The notes under the pieces were generated by a model. The model was not told the DNA's origin and did no database searches. It saw only the letters and a program-made list of their open reading frames with translations. From Elsinoe ampelina (lineage: Eukaryota): a DNA stretch of 64,000 nucleotides. The DNA lies in contig ML992508.1 in NCBI GenBank assembly GCA_010093995.1, positions 964,506 to 1,028,505 of the forward strand, written 5' to 3'. Positions 23,001 through 34,840 of this stretch are shown here, one piece after another. Position 1 is the stretch's first letter; each line of letters begins with the position of its first letter. The position numbers were made by a program, and so were the translations under genes.

Positions 23001-26000
23001 GCAGATTATTTGGTGGAGATCCGCCGACCGCCGATTTTTCCATGGCGCGGGTGATCCCCCGCTAAGTGTCGCTTGATTTTCATGGTTGAACAGTAAGCGG
23101 CCCACTCTTACCATACTCTGCAGGTTATCTTTCCCTCGACGGTCTGCCCGGTACGGCGTTTTGCTTCAGTCATGTTTCGGGCAATGATGTTCTTCGGACG
23201 TAGAAACATGTTCTATAGCATGTTTGGCTCTAGGTACCACAGAGACAGCGGCATTCGCGAACCAGGCACACGCAGCACTGCGGGGAAAGCGACATCACAG
23301 GCTGCAGAGACGTTCCAAGATGGCTGCTTGGGGGCTTGTGCAATCCCGCCACACTCTCCTGACTCGCTTCTCCTGTCATCTCCAATCCTTTCATGCAACT
23401 CCTTCCTTTGCTAACTGCTGCACTTCCCACTTATGACAGATTAGTACCTGGTCTAACGACGTCTACGCTGCCATCGGCGCCGCTAGATTTTCCCTCTCCT
23501 GTCTCACCGACAAGCAGGATTTCGGGTTTGTCATTTGATTGGATCACATCGGTTCGATCGTTTTTGGTGCATGATTTACAGATGGAGTCCATGACGGACC
23601 GAATATGGTCGACGATCAGGCAGACTTCAAATCCTTTGCCCTTGCTTGAAATAACAATACAATCACTGACCGCAACTTGAATGTGAATAGATTATGTTGA
23701 CAGGGTCCCATCGGCAAAGAGCCCGAACCCGAAATCCATGTCCATCTCACCGGTACAAACAACAAGTAGTTCGAGCCCTGATATCCACAGTGGGCCATGG
23801 CCAAGGTATCCGAGTTCCGGCAGCGTCCTTACAGCAATGCGTAAAACAGACTTCCTGGACGAGAAAACATTTCCACCAAACTACGACCAGTCAAACGTTC
23901 ATTGATTGCAGATAACTGGTATTACCCCAGACCGGAAGCTGCATCTCCACGCCGTTGATGGTGCAGTAAACAGCCATGCCAGATCCTGAATGCGGGGGTG
24001 TCGTGCATGTACACAATTCAACGAAAGCCACAAACAACAGCGTCGCCGACAGTCTCCTGAAGCAACGGCGTGTCTCGTTGGGTGGCAGGTACAGTCTGGA
24101 ATGTACCTTTTACGCGTTAGCCAACCTTTACATCTCTCGGCCGATAGTCTGTAACGCTTTCCCCGCACAGTTCGCTGACATCAGGTAGAGCTTGAGCTCT
24201 TGACTGCAGGGAGGCCTGAGGATAGCAGCGTGACGGCAATGTGTCACCACCCCCAGGGGTAGCTCTACTCATGTGCCAGGTACGATCCCTCACTCTGCGT
24301 CGAACGACAGGTATCTAATCTGATGCTCAAACCATACCATGCACTACCTCGAGGATTACACTCTGACCAGATCGTCTCGTATCCCTCCTATTGAGGGGCA
24401 CATCTACGAGAGCCGAGTCGACGCCTAGAATTTGTGCTCAACAGAGTGGCTTACATCCTTCGACGACCACGGTTTGACACCAAGGAGTGCGGCATCGGTG
24501 GTCAGTGGCGGCGCAAATGCAGATTTGGCACGACAAGCCTCTTCCTCTCCGCTCCTCGAAACCATCGTCCACCTCAACAATCGGCCTTGTCTGGAACAGA
24601 GACCCTGGATCTGTCATCGAGATCCCAAAAATGCACAATCACCGGCATCCCAAGGTCGATCAGGGACCTAAGACCCAAAGGCGCCGTTGTCAGCACGTGC
24701 AAGACCCTGAGATACACCAGCGAGCAAGCCGTGCGAGGGCTGTGTGCAAGCGCCACGACTGCGTGCCGGACGAGCTATGTATGATCTTCATCAGTGCAGA
24801 TGGCGGCGTATGGATGGGAACCTCTGCGTACGCGCACGGCTCCAACATCGACGGCCTCGAGGGCACGAGCTATACTTTGTGTGACTCGCGAACTGTATTT
24901 GCATACTGTCGTCGCTGGATATCGCCGCGCTTGCGTGACGACGACTCGTCATTGAAGCATTCAAGCGAGCTTGAAGCACATCCAATGAGGTAGGTACAAA
25001 AGAGTACAAAGCAGTAAGTCACGCTATCAGACACGCTATCACCCCGCCCACCGACTGGGACGTACAGTACATACAGTACAGCGGGCTGCAGAGGACCGGA
25101 CATGCAGCTGTCGGATGGACGCCGCTGATGGAGACTGCAGAGGCTAGGGTCGAATGCCTGAAGGTCTGGATGCGGCGAAAAGAGGCATTTGACATGTGAA
25201 GACGACTTTCGAGTCTTTGATGCAAGCAATCAATCAACGTACGATCGCCACCAAGATTGACGTAGTATTCGAGATCGAGCATTGTCCACAGATATTGGCA
25301 TGTTTGATACCTGATAGCAGCTCATTCATGACAGACACGAGAATACTGATTTCCTTTACACACACAATCCTACATCAAACTTTTGAAGCCCTTATCAGAG
25401 TACCTTCTGCCACGATTTTGTGCTCGGTCACCGGTCTCCACACACAAGACCAGTATTGACTCTATGCAAGATGTCGCAATCATCACCATGGTCTTCCTCA
25501 TCTCTCAGACATGGAATTGTCGTGTCATGACCCCATGCGGCGGTCTGTATCCATCGTGAAGTACCTCCCTCATGCGGGCAGTGCTCTGATATCCACCCTC
25601 TCCAGACCCACCCATACCACAGACCATGACTATCCACCACCCCAGACGACGTCGCGTACCCACATACCACGATAGAGCACCTCGTCATGCCCGAGGAGAA
25701 ACACCTCGCTCCACCATCCAAAAATGCAAGATCCGACATGACAAAAAAAAAGCCCAAGGGTTCACTCGCCCCATCGCCATCTCCAGGGTCCCACGTCCCT
25801 AGACCCTAGGGGTCCGATCAGCGCTCCAATGAAAAAATGCCCCAGACGCGGCTCCCTCGCAACCAAACCTGACCTCATCCTCAACATCATTCGAATCAAA
25901 CAAGCCCTGATACAGTTCCCACCAGATCACCATCTCCAATACACGATCGCGCACATCACCATCAACCCCACCTGCATCACTAACATCCCCTCGTATGTAC

Positions 26001-26127
26001 ACTCAATATATCCCATCTGCAAAGTCCTTATCATCGCGGCCAACCCCGACTCCCATCTCCCAGCGAGGCGTCGATGAAACGCTGGGGACGCCAACACCCC
26101 ACCGACCCGCTTCAGAAGATGTACATC

Positions 26128-26730
26128 TCACATGTATCGACGCCACACACATGCTTCCTTCCTTCTGCGCGCGCTGACACACAGGGACTCAAGGCGTGAA
26201 GGGGGGTCCAACATCCCTGCGTCTTTGCGCACACTACTGTAGAGCGATGGGGCTCCTGCCGTGCCGTGCGCTTCGCATCGTACTGCGAGACCCCTGCTGG
26301 AGTTAGATCTAGGTGAGGTCTTTGCCCTGCGAGAGTTCAGTAAGCGCTGGCATGGGACGGGCGTCGCATTGCGCCGATATGCACGGTTGGTGGTGAAGTC
26401 GCGGTGAGGCTCGAGGTGCAGTGGGGCCCTGCCGTCGGTCTTTGACCCAGCCTGTGCGTTGCATGGTGGCTGCTGAGGGGGTTCTCCGGGGCCAGGCCAA
26501 AGTGCTGGTGGACTGGTTGGTGTGGTGGTGGGTGAAGATTTTGCATCTGGCTCACTCGGACGGCCCAGTGTCACGTATGCAGGCGTATAGCTTTGGGCTG
26601 CACACCTGGTATACAGCATGGATTTCGACCCCTGTCGGCACGCAATCCTCAGGGTGCTGCACTCCACGCATCTCGGCCGGCGGACCTGTCTCGGTTCTAC
26701 TGTGGGCCTTGCCGCATCTCTGTCCGACAT
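26128..26730 (-). pseudogene. Possible degenerate Zn2Cys6-like gene remnant
   Basis: N-terminal RRPRCVECSTLRIAC matches the C-x2-C-x6-C half of a binuclear cluster, but the second half is incomplete (LYTRCAAQSYTP). Confidence 0.2.
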
Positions 26731-27831
26731 ATGTACCTCGTACTTACTTCGTGCCGTTTCGATGTTTCTCTGGGGCGGAGTTGATCTATTGGGCCTTACC
26801 CCAGCGGTTTGTCTCCATCTACATCCTCATGCCTGTGCGGAGAGCTTCCTCGAGCTCTGGCCGGAGTGGAACCACGGACATGTACCATGCCGTGGCTGGT
26901 CTTGAGGAGCGAGGGTGAGTGGATCTGGGATTTCGGCGGTGATCTAGATCCGGGAACGTGCTGGGGCGGAGGGGTGAGGATGTAGAGTGTAGGTCGATGG
27001 AAGCTCAACGGATGAGAGGCAGGGATGGTAGGTATCGTTTCCTTTGCTAGGATCGCGATGACGATGTATATCGTTGATCATGTTCTTGTTGTTGTTCGCC
27101 CCTCTGCCAACACTCGAAGTGTCCTTCGCAACTCTTGCTACTGGGATGCCTAGTCAGACCACCACGCAACCAGCCGAGTGCGCCGCTGCTACCTTGCGTC
27201 TTCCGAGCAACCTGACAGAGGCGCCGTGGCGTGACTTTCAATGCAGAACAGCTATGAGCTGCTATCACGACTCATGCTGGCAACCTCATCCCAGTAAGAG
27301 TCATTCTACATGCCATTTAGGACCTACGCTCGTGGAATTGCAATAGCATGAAGGATTGAAGCTTGCCGACTGCCATGACCACGTTGACGAGCTACGGATC
27401 ATGTGATGCGATTCTTGTCGCTTTCGATCTCCATTGCCGCTGCTGGACCAGTTTCCAAAGTATGCTTGCGGCGTCCAGCATCTATGGTGCCGTCCGACGG
27501 CATTTCTTGTACCCCTACAGCGAAAGCGTCTGCCGGGCTGCCCTTTCATTATGCATCTTTGCCCATCGTTAATTCCTAGCACGCGAGGAATCTGCGCCTT
27601 GCTCACGTGGTCTCTTATCATGATGCCCCTTTTCGCGCACTTCCTTCAGGACATAATGAACGAGATGCATTCTATCTCTCGATATTGGCAGCTTGCGGGC
27701 CTCGATCCAAAGTCTGGTAGTGACCGACATCGTTCCGTAAGACTAAGTTGATCTCAAAAGAATGGATCGTCCAAGATCTATGTGTATCTTTTCCAAGTCA
27801 AATGCCACCCGTACCACCGGACAGACCCTTC

Positions 27832-28233
27832 TCAACCGAAGATCTCATCTATCTCAAACAACACCTCCCGAACAATATCCATCTGCTCTTCCACCAGGTA
27901 CTGTCGCAGATGTGCAAACATGACCTGCCTCAGCCTGCCACACTCGGTATCGTTCCCATCTTTGACCGCCTTCAACATCAGCCGGATATAGGACACCACA
28001 GGGAGTACTTCATCGTTAATGAAGATCGAAACCTTCTGCGCTGTGGGATCGATCTGTGGCGTTCCATAGTGGATGAGATTGTACACCGTCGCGACGAGCT
28101 TGTACTCGGTTTGCCGAGGCGTTATCGTGGTCAGAATCTGCCGAGCTGGCATTGTCTGAAAAGAAGGTCCTCCTGTCAATGATGGGTGAGGTGGTGGCGA
28201 GGTTTGCCTCAGGATCCGAATCAGATCGTCCAT
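27832..28233 (-). CDS. Hypothetical small protein (133 aa)
   Basis: ATG-initiated ORF with an amphipathic helical C-terminus (LRQYLVEEQMDIVREVLFEIDEIFG); no known motif. Confidence 0.35.
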   Translation of the reverse strand: MDDLIRILRQTSPPPHPSLTGGPSFQTMPARQILTTITPRQTEYKLVATVYNLIHYGTPQIDPTAQKVSIFINDEVLPVVSYIRLMLKAVKDGNDTECGRLRQVMFAHLRQYLVEEQMDIVREVLFEIDEIFG

Positions 28234-28947
28234 GGTTGTGGTGGAATTTATAACAGGTCTGGAAGGATGAGTGTGGTATTTGATATCTCTTGTTCAAATT
28301 GCTAGAGGTGCTATGGTGCTGCATTGAGAGGTAGTGGTACCTATCTCGTGATGCAGTGATGAGTACTTCCCGTGTCGCACCTGCACCATTGAGAATCATC
28401 ACTATCCAGTGGACTGACCCGTGCTACCCAGCGTGACCAAGCAATATCTACTAAAGATGAGGAAGATTAAGAAATGCAGCGAGGAGCATCAGCGCTTAAC
28501 ACTCTGAGGCGACGCGGTGAACACAGAACAAATTTGCCAGCTCAAGTGCATGATCAATGGATTGGAAAGCGACAGGAAATCTTTCACGATCTTTTAGTGT
28601 CACGTCGTGGGACATCTAAACGTGTGCAAGAATCGATCGCATGATAGGGTGCAAAGGCAGAAGCAAGAGAAGTCGTTTGGATATTTTTCGAGCTTTCATC
28701 CAGTTTGAGACTCATCAGTCGCGCAGAGTGTTCAGAAGGCCTTCGCCGCGAGTTGGCATTTATCCACTATCACATGATACAAGCCTCCTCTATGTCCCAT
28801 ATGATTATCTCCAAAAGCTCGACATACTCGGTAGTTGGTGAGGCCTTGTGGAGCTGACATGTTGGATTATTGGAACCCCTTTTTCTTGTCTGGCTCTAGC
28901 CACACTCCAACCCAAATTAGTATTGATCAGTATGGTCGCGATCATCT

Positions 28948-29643
28948 TTACTCACGACTTCGGTCTAGAGCAATCCAAATGTCTTCCTCCCAGGTCTTGG
29001 CTTCATGTGGCGGTTGTTTTCCAGCACACGTGATCCCTTGTAGCGACCGCCGAGAGGCTCGACCGGCTCGATCTATTTGTGCAAAGGTACCAGCCCGGTC
29101 AAGGGTGGCTGCCAATGCCTCCTCAATAAACGTCTCCTCGAGGCCTGTGGGAGGACTTTTCCGGAGAGGACTCGAGCCATCCTTGGACCTTTCAAGCGCG
29201 TCACAACCGCCGGCCTCGTTCTTATCCTGACTCTTGCTCTTTAACGACAATTCATCGCAACCCGACGGCCCGTCCGGGTGCTCAAGATCCAAAGCCAGGT
29301 CCGGATGGCAGCACGATTCGATGACGTTATCGATGATGCTGTCCAGTTCTGTTCCCCTATCTGTGTGGCTGCGTAGGTACTGAACGAGCTTCAGCCTTTT
29401 CTCATCGAGGTCCCTACCACTCCGAGATAACCGGCAAGACCGGAGAAGTCCCACCATCCGAAATTCAAATTGCGACCTTCTGATAACGATAGATCCTCGG
29501 TGAGCAGCGACTGTCGGAAGGGTCTTCCCCAGCAAATCTCGCAAGGTTATCAATGCCCGATACTCGGCGTCTTGCGGATCGAGGACCAGCGATTGCATTC
29601 TCTGTGATGAAGGCATGCCTGCACTTGACGCTGTTGGATTCAC
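28948..29643 (-). CDS. Hypothetical protein (orphan ORF, up to 231 aa)
   Basis: Long open frame with protein-like composition, no recognisable family, start codon uncertain. Confidence 0.2.
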   Translation of the reverse strand: MNPTASSAGMPSSQRMQSLVLDPQDAEYRALITLRDLLGKTLPTVAAHRGSIVIRRSQFEFRMVGLLRSCRLSRSGRDLDEKRLKLVQYLRSHTDRGTELDSIIDNVIESCCHPDLALDLEHPDGPSGCDELSLKSKSQDKNEAGGCDALERSKDGSSPLRKSPPTGLEETFIEEALAATLDRAGTFAQIDRAGRASRRSLQGITCAGKQPPHEAKTWEEDIWIALDRSRE

Positions 29644-30598
29644 ATGCTGAAGTGGTACCTGCGGTTCCCTGGACTATATAGCAACATTACACTAGACAGT
29701 AACGCAGCCATACTACAGGTATGACCAGGCTGGCTTTTCGTTGTCATTGGATTTCTTGTTGAGCTCCTGCAGAGCCTTTCGAAGCGAAATGGATGTGTGC
29801 AAAGGATGCCAGCTCCACCAGTCAGGCAGGTGATGAAAGAGTCCTGGTCCAACCATTTCCTTCTGGGCAAGATTGAACCAATAAATACTGCCTCAAGGTC
29901 GTACAGACATGCTCGTGGCCGAAATGAAGGCCCGGTGTTCTCGATTTGCTTGTGTAATGCTGGGATGCTCCTGAGGGACCGTGGGAAACATCGCCACCTT
30001 CGCAGTGGAAGATCACGCAAGTTTCCTTACCGAACCATGTAGAAGGCTAGCTGGCCATCGAGCCCTGTGCTTGCATCGCGAGGATCAACCAGCGACAATT
30101 GTTGGTAGGATAGACAGAAAAAGTGGCAACCCTCTCGCGAGAAAGTCGGCTTGGATATGTGAAAAAGCTCGGCCGTCTTGAAAGGTAGTACTTACCATCA
30201 TGAAGTTGAGGTGATCACATGGATACTAGCCTTGAAAGGGCCATGCAATCTAAAGAATATGCCGCAGATGTCTCGAGACTGCCTGCCGATGGGACCGTCT
30301 GTAGATGCTGCAGAGGGTGACGGAGCGATCGATCCAATACAGGAGTTTTCGGCAGAAGACAGTGCCAGATATCGCTCGTGCTTACCGATTGAAGCAGAGC
30401 AATGCACCATGGGGAGTGAATGCATGAGGTTGAAATGCCTCTGCTTTGATTGGTCAGCGAGCTCTCGGCCCAAAATCTCCAGACGTCGACGTCAGAGCAT
30501 GAATATGTTCGAGCTGTTTGTTTCTTTCACACAGTTTCCCTGTACACTTTAGCTCCCGGAATAGGCCACGAAGTTGCTCTGCAGGTATCAATCTCAAG

Positions 30599-31063
30599 AT
30601 GCTAGTCGCCGCGCAGCCACTCTCTCGAGCAGCGCCTCGGATCACCCGCCTGTCCCTCTTCCGCAACATCTCCACTTCACAATCGAAGCAGCGACTTTTC
30701 TCGCCCATCCGGTTATCAACGCCGTCTTTGTTCCTTTCCCGACCGCACATCGCTCCAGTATCAGCTTCCAGCAGGCCATACTCCTCTGCATCGCCCCCTG
30801 CAGCTACCAACTTAACGCCAGACCTGTCACATCTCGACGAAGCAGAGCTCAAGATCCATTCTATCCTCTCGGAGAAGCTTAAGCCTACCGAGCTGGAGGT
30901 ACGAGACGTCAGTGGAGGCTGCGGAAGCATGTATGCTATCAACGTCACAAGCGAGGTCTTTCGCGGTCTCAGCGTAATCAAGCAACATCGGATGGTCAAC
31001 GAAGCTCTCAAGGCAGAGATGGCGGGCTGGCACGGCTGTCAGGTCAGAACGCGAGTGCCCTGA
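30599..31063 (+). CDS. BolA family protein, BOLA3/Bol3-type (mitochondrial Fe-S assembly factor)
   Basis: ATG 30599; Arg/Ser-rich presequence, then LKPTELEVRDVSGGCGSMYAI and FRGLSVIKQHRMVNEAL...WHG (BolA signature with SGGCG). Confidence 0.88.
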   Translation: MLVAAQPLSRAAPRITRLSLFRNISTSQSKQRLFSPIRLSTPSLFLSRPHIAPVSASSRPYSSASPPAATNLTPDLSHLDEAELKIHSILSEKLKPTELEVRDVSGGCGSMYAINVTSEVFRGLSVIKQHRMVNEALKAEMAGWHGCQVRTRVP

Positions 31064-31372
31064 ACAGGTAGCAAAAGCAGGGAGGAGACAAGGCTTCGCG
31101 ACGAAGTATAATGACCTGTGCACTGGTCAGCGGACGGGGCGGATCCAAATACTACCTTCTTGGTCAGGTCTTGTGGATATCCGAACCTTCAAGTCAAGAT
31201 CCAGGCAGTCACCGCGATTCGGAACCGCGGTATGAATGGCTGCGGCAGCTCACACCACACGAATTGTACAAATAGAAAAGACCTTGAAAGGAAACAGCCT
31301 CTTCAATCCTGGTAATACTGCTATCTGGAAGTCATCCTGAGCAAGCCCCGCGTTACCTCGAATCTCGATCGT

Positions 31373-34300
31373 TCAATTCACCGCTCCATTGAACCCTTTT
31401 TCCACCACCTTGATCTTCCACACTATCGTATACTCCTCGACTTCGTCAGCAGCCGGTGTGAAGCCATTGGGAAAGTCGCTGGCGATTGCTCTTCGGATCT
31501 TCTCGTGTACTAAGCCCGTCTCTGCTTCCTTCGCGGCTTCGTGATCATCGTTAATCTCGCCGATCCTCCTCAATCTCCAAACATCCATTCTCGTGAGATT
31601 CCTTGCAACATCCTTCGGAGGAAACGGCAGAACGAGCTTGTTGAGAATCTGCTCCTTGGCGAACGCGTTTGCTTCCTCGAGCGTGTTGAAGTACCCAAGC
31701 GCCTTCTTTCTGGTAGTCAACTTACGTCCGGACTTGTCGATACTGGCAGTATTTTCCTTGCCAGTCTCTGCAGTGCTGGCGAAATGCTCTCCCGTGTCGC
31801 TCTCCCCTGTGCTCTGTGCAGCGCCATCCATTGCCTGCACCTCGATGTTGCCGTCGTTGTTCGCAACTTCCCTATCAAACAATGCCTCGGTATCGCCATC
31901 TCCGTCGCCATCACCAAAGAGGTCATCAATGCCTCCGATCAAGCCATCATGCTCTGCCAGAGTATTGTCGGGCGACTCTTCGGCCTCCTCTCTCACACCA
32001 CTACTAGCCTCTCCGCTGGCGTGACCCGCCACCTCCAAGCCGATCGTTGCGGTATCCATCACGCTCGAGAGCACCTGTGGATCCTCACCAACCTGTTCCT
32101 GCACCTCTCCTGTAACATCTCTCGTCGGCACCTCCTCGCTCCTCGTGCCAGCGCCCTCGTCGACTGCATCTCTGCCGCTCCAGACAAGCTTGATCGTCTC
32201 CTTCAGCTGCCAGATCTTCCCCGAACTGCGACATGCACTCTTTGACACCTCGATCCTGGCATCTCGTACTTGCCTCTTCACCAGCCTGACTCGAACCACC
32301 ATGTCGCCATCCTCGACACGCCACATCGGCATACCATCCACCAGCTGAATCTTGATGTTGATACCGACTGTCGATCTGGTGACGCCCGCAGCGAGTGTCA
32401 TTGCTCTCTCCAAACCATCCGCATCCGCCGCCTTGAGATCCGTGTACACCTGCCTGGTGCTCTCCACTCTGTCGAGCTCTTCAACGACTTCAGCCTCGTC
32501 GTGATCTTCAGCCAACCCGCTGAGATCCACAACGCTCTCCATGAGATGATACCGGTTCACCATCCTCACCACCACTTCCTTGTCGTTCGACTGCATCTTG
32601 TAAGGCTCGTACTTCTGCGGTTCAGTACGCTCGTCGTCATCTTCGTCGCTGTCGCTCGACATCCCAGTCAAGCCAAAGACGTACTCCCTCTGCCAATCAC
32701 CAGCCGGCATCTTCCCACCCGTCGTCGGGCGTTCTGCCTTCTTCGCCTTCTTCGGCTTCGGCGCTCTAGCAGGGATCTCATCTTCCTCGTCGTCGTCATC
32801 GTCTACGGTATCGCTCTCCTTCGCCGCTTTCTTCGCTTTCTTCGTCGATTTCTCCTTCGTTCGGTCTCTCATCGCCATGTCGATCCCCGTCAATACCTTC
32901 GCTCGATCTCGCACTTGACCAGGCTTGTACCGATCTTCGCCTTCGAGCCCGAACGCAGAGTTCAGCCGATCTGTGATGCTGCGCGCGAGGATGCCGTGAC
33001 GAGCGCCTTCGGCGATGTACTCGTCTGGTTGCGTCAGGAGGTTTGGTTTCGGAAAATTTCTGAGCTTCTCGGCGTAGGTGGGATCAGGCGCGACGCGGCT
33101 TGGAGTGGTGCTTGATGTCCGCTCGTCATCGGAGGCGGTGGAGAAGGAGGAGGTTTCGGCGTATGCGGCATTGGCGGCTTCGAGCTCTGCTCGTCGCCGG
33201 ATCGACACAGGTGCATTGCGAGATGGAGGTGCGATGGTGTCGCTGTCATGGCGAGAAGGAGAAATGCCACTGTTGCTGTCGCGGCGAGACGGTGGCGATG
33301 TGGTGTCGATTCCGTCATGATCGATCTCGAAGCCAGTCCTCGTTGCTCTGTAGTTGGTGTTGCGAGAGCTACCGGCAGCCAGATGCGCATCTCTAGCAGC
33401 GTCGGAGATGCGTTGCGGGTTGTCACGACGCATTGATTCGGGTATGCTTGGTCTCTTCGACGGCTGCGGAGCAAATCGCGGTGGCTGCTCATGTGGTGCT
33501 TTAAGGCGCTGAGACTGCTCTCGTGGCGCTTGAGAGCCAAGTGGCTGCTCTCGCGGTGCTGTGAAGAGCTGAGGCTTCTCTTGTGGTGTTTGAGAGCGCA
33601 GCGGCTGCTCTTGTCGCAGTCGAGGTGGATCACTCTGCTGAGCAGGTAGCTTCGGTGGCATGAAAGATGCAACGGCTGGGTTGGCGATCCATGTCGCGGC
33701 TGGTACTGCGCCGGATGTGGTAGTACTCGGAACGCTAGCCTCGATGTCAGGAAGTATGTCTAGCTCATCGGCAAAGCTGAACTCATCAACCGGCGAAGTG
33801 AGATCAATCGTCTCCCCTGCATCTCTGACGATGGTATCCTGTTTCTCAATCTTCACTCCGTCGAACGAGATGCCTGACTGCTTCAGTCTCCTCGCCGCTT
33901 CCTCTTGCATCTGTCTCCTCTCCTCCGCTGTCTCCTTCGCTGGCGACTGGCTTAGCGATGACTTGCCGGACGGCGTCTTTCTGCTCGGTGATGTTGGTGG
34001 TACGAACATCGGCGATGTCTGTGCGCGTCGGGCTGTGAGGCTGTTCTGACTCTGATTCTTGTCGTCGTCGTCGTCGTCGTCGTCAGAGTCGGATTGAACA
34101 AATGCCATCCTGGAAAGGTTTGCTTTCTTCTGCGCTTGTCTTTCCGTCTCACGAGGAGCCAGAGCTTTGCTCCTATTGAGCAAGCTGCTCAACCTTGGTT
34201 TCCCAGTGTCGAATCTGCCAAACCCCGTCGGAGCTCCCGACATGACGCCAATGCTGCTCTGCTCGCGCCTGCTTGAGAATGCGCCGGTGTCACGCCTGCT

Positions 34301-34840
34301 AGCATCTGCGCTTCGCCTGGGAGAGAAGCGCCCGCTTTCTCGTCTCGCCTCTCTTTCGAATCCACCATCTCCATATCGCCTATGGCTCTCTCCAAGCCTA
34401 CTCCTCTTCGGCACCGGCTCATCATCATCATCCAGCGTCAAATCAATCGACGTCTTCCTCTTCCCCGAAGACGCCATATCTCTTTCCTCTTCCTCTCTAT
34501 GCTCTTCCTGCTCTCTCGCAGGTACAGGGTCCCCGTTCTCGTCGATCTCAATGTTATACCACCCGCCACCAACCTTGTCGAAGACGCGCTTGTACCGCTT
34601 CTCGGGCTCGCGCGAACGAGGCGGCGTCGTGCGACGGAGTGAAGGCGCGGAGCAGCGGAGGCGGGATCTATCGTCGCGTTGACCGGCGGTGGTGCGGATG
34701 TCGAAGTGGAAAGAAGTCGGGAGGGTGAATGGCGAGTGAGTGTGGGATGGAGGTTGATACTGAGGTGGAGGTTGGTGAGGCGAGTGAGAGTGAGGTGGAT
34801 GAGATACGCGGTGAGGGATGTGGTGTGGAAGGGGAGACAT
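31373..34840 (-). CDS. Large low-complexity hypothetical protein (up to 1155 aa; true start may be MASSGKRK near 34478)
   Basis: 3.4-kb uninterrupted ORF with acidic tracts, basic NLS-like clusters, SIM-like IDLT motifs (SIDLTLDDD, TIDLTS) and an internal 10-aa repeat. No family recognised. Confidence 0.75.
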   Translation of the reverse strand: MSPLPHHIPHRVSHPPHSHSPHQPPPQYQPPSHTHSPFTLPTSFHFDIRTTAGQRDDRSRLRCSAPSLRRTTPPRSREPEKRYKRVFDKVGGGWYNIEIDENGDPVPAREQEEHREEEERDMASSGKRKTSIDLTLDDDDEPVPKRSRLGESHRRYGDGGFEREARRESGRFSPRRSADASRRDTGAFSSRREQSSIGVMSGAPTGFGRFDTGKPRLSSLLNRSKALAPRETERQAQKKANLSRMAFVQSDSDDDDDDDDKNQSQNSLTARRAQTSPMFVPPTSPSRKTPSGKSSLSQSPAKETAEERRQMQEEAARRLKQSGISFDGVKIEKQDTIVRDAGETIDLTSPVDEFSFADELDILPDIEASVPSTTTSGAVPAATWIANPAVASFMPPKLPAQQSDPPRLRQEQPLRSQTPQEKPQLFTAPREQPLGSQAPREQSQRLKAPHEQPPRFAPQPSKRPSIPESMRRDNPQRISDAARDAHLAAGSSRNTNYRATRTGFEIDHDGIDTTSPPSRRDSNSGISPSRHDSDTIAPPSRNAPVSIRRRAELEAANAAYAETSSFSTASDDERTSSTTPSRVAPDPTYAEKLRNFPKPNLLTQPDEYIAEGARHGILARSITDRLNSAFGLEGEDRYKPGQVRDRAKVLTGIDMAMRDRTKEKSTKKAKKAAKESDTVDDDDDEEDEIPARAPKPKKAKKAERPTTGGKMPAGDWQREYVFGLTGMSSDSDEDDDERTEPQKYEPYKMQSNDKEVVVRMVNRYHLMESVVDLSGLAEDHDEAEVVEELDRVESTRQVYTDLKAADADGLERAMTLAAGVTRSTVGINIKIQLVDGMPMWRVEDGDMVVRVRLVKRQVRDARIEVSKSACRSSGKIWQLKETIKLVWSGRDAVDEGAGTRSEEVPTRDVTGEVQEQVGEDPQVLSSVMDTATIGLEVAGHASGEASSGVREEAEESPDNTLAEHDGLIGGIDDLFGDGDGDGDTEALFDREVANNDGNIEVQAMDGAAQSTGESDTGEHFASTAETGKENTASIDKSGRKLTTRKKALGYFNTLEEANAFAKEQILNKLVLPFPPKDVARNLTRMDVWRLRRIGEINDDHEAAKEAETGLVHEKIRRAIASDFPNGFTPAADEVEEYTIVWKIKVVEKGFNGAVN
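33481..33620 (-). repeat. Coding minisatellite, about 4.7 copies of a 30-nt unit (P-[RQH]-E-[QK]-P-like 10-aa repeat)
   Basis: Plus-strand units: gtggctgctcatgtggtgctttaaggcgct / gagactgctctcgtggcgcttgagagccaa / gtggctgctctcgcggtgctgtgaagagct / gaggcttctcttgtggtgtttgagagcgca / gcggctgctcttgtcgcagt. Confidence 0.8.
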
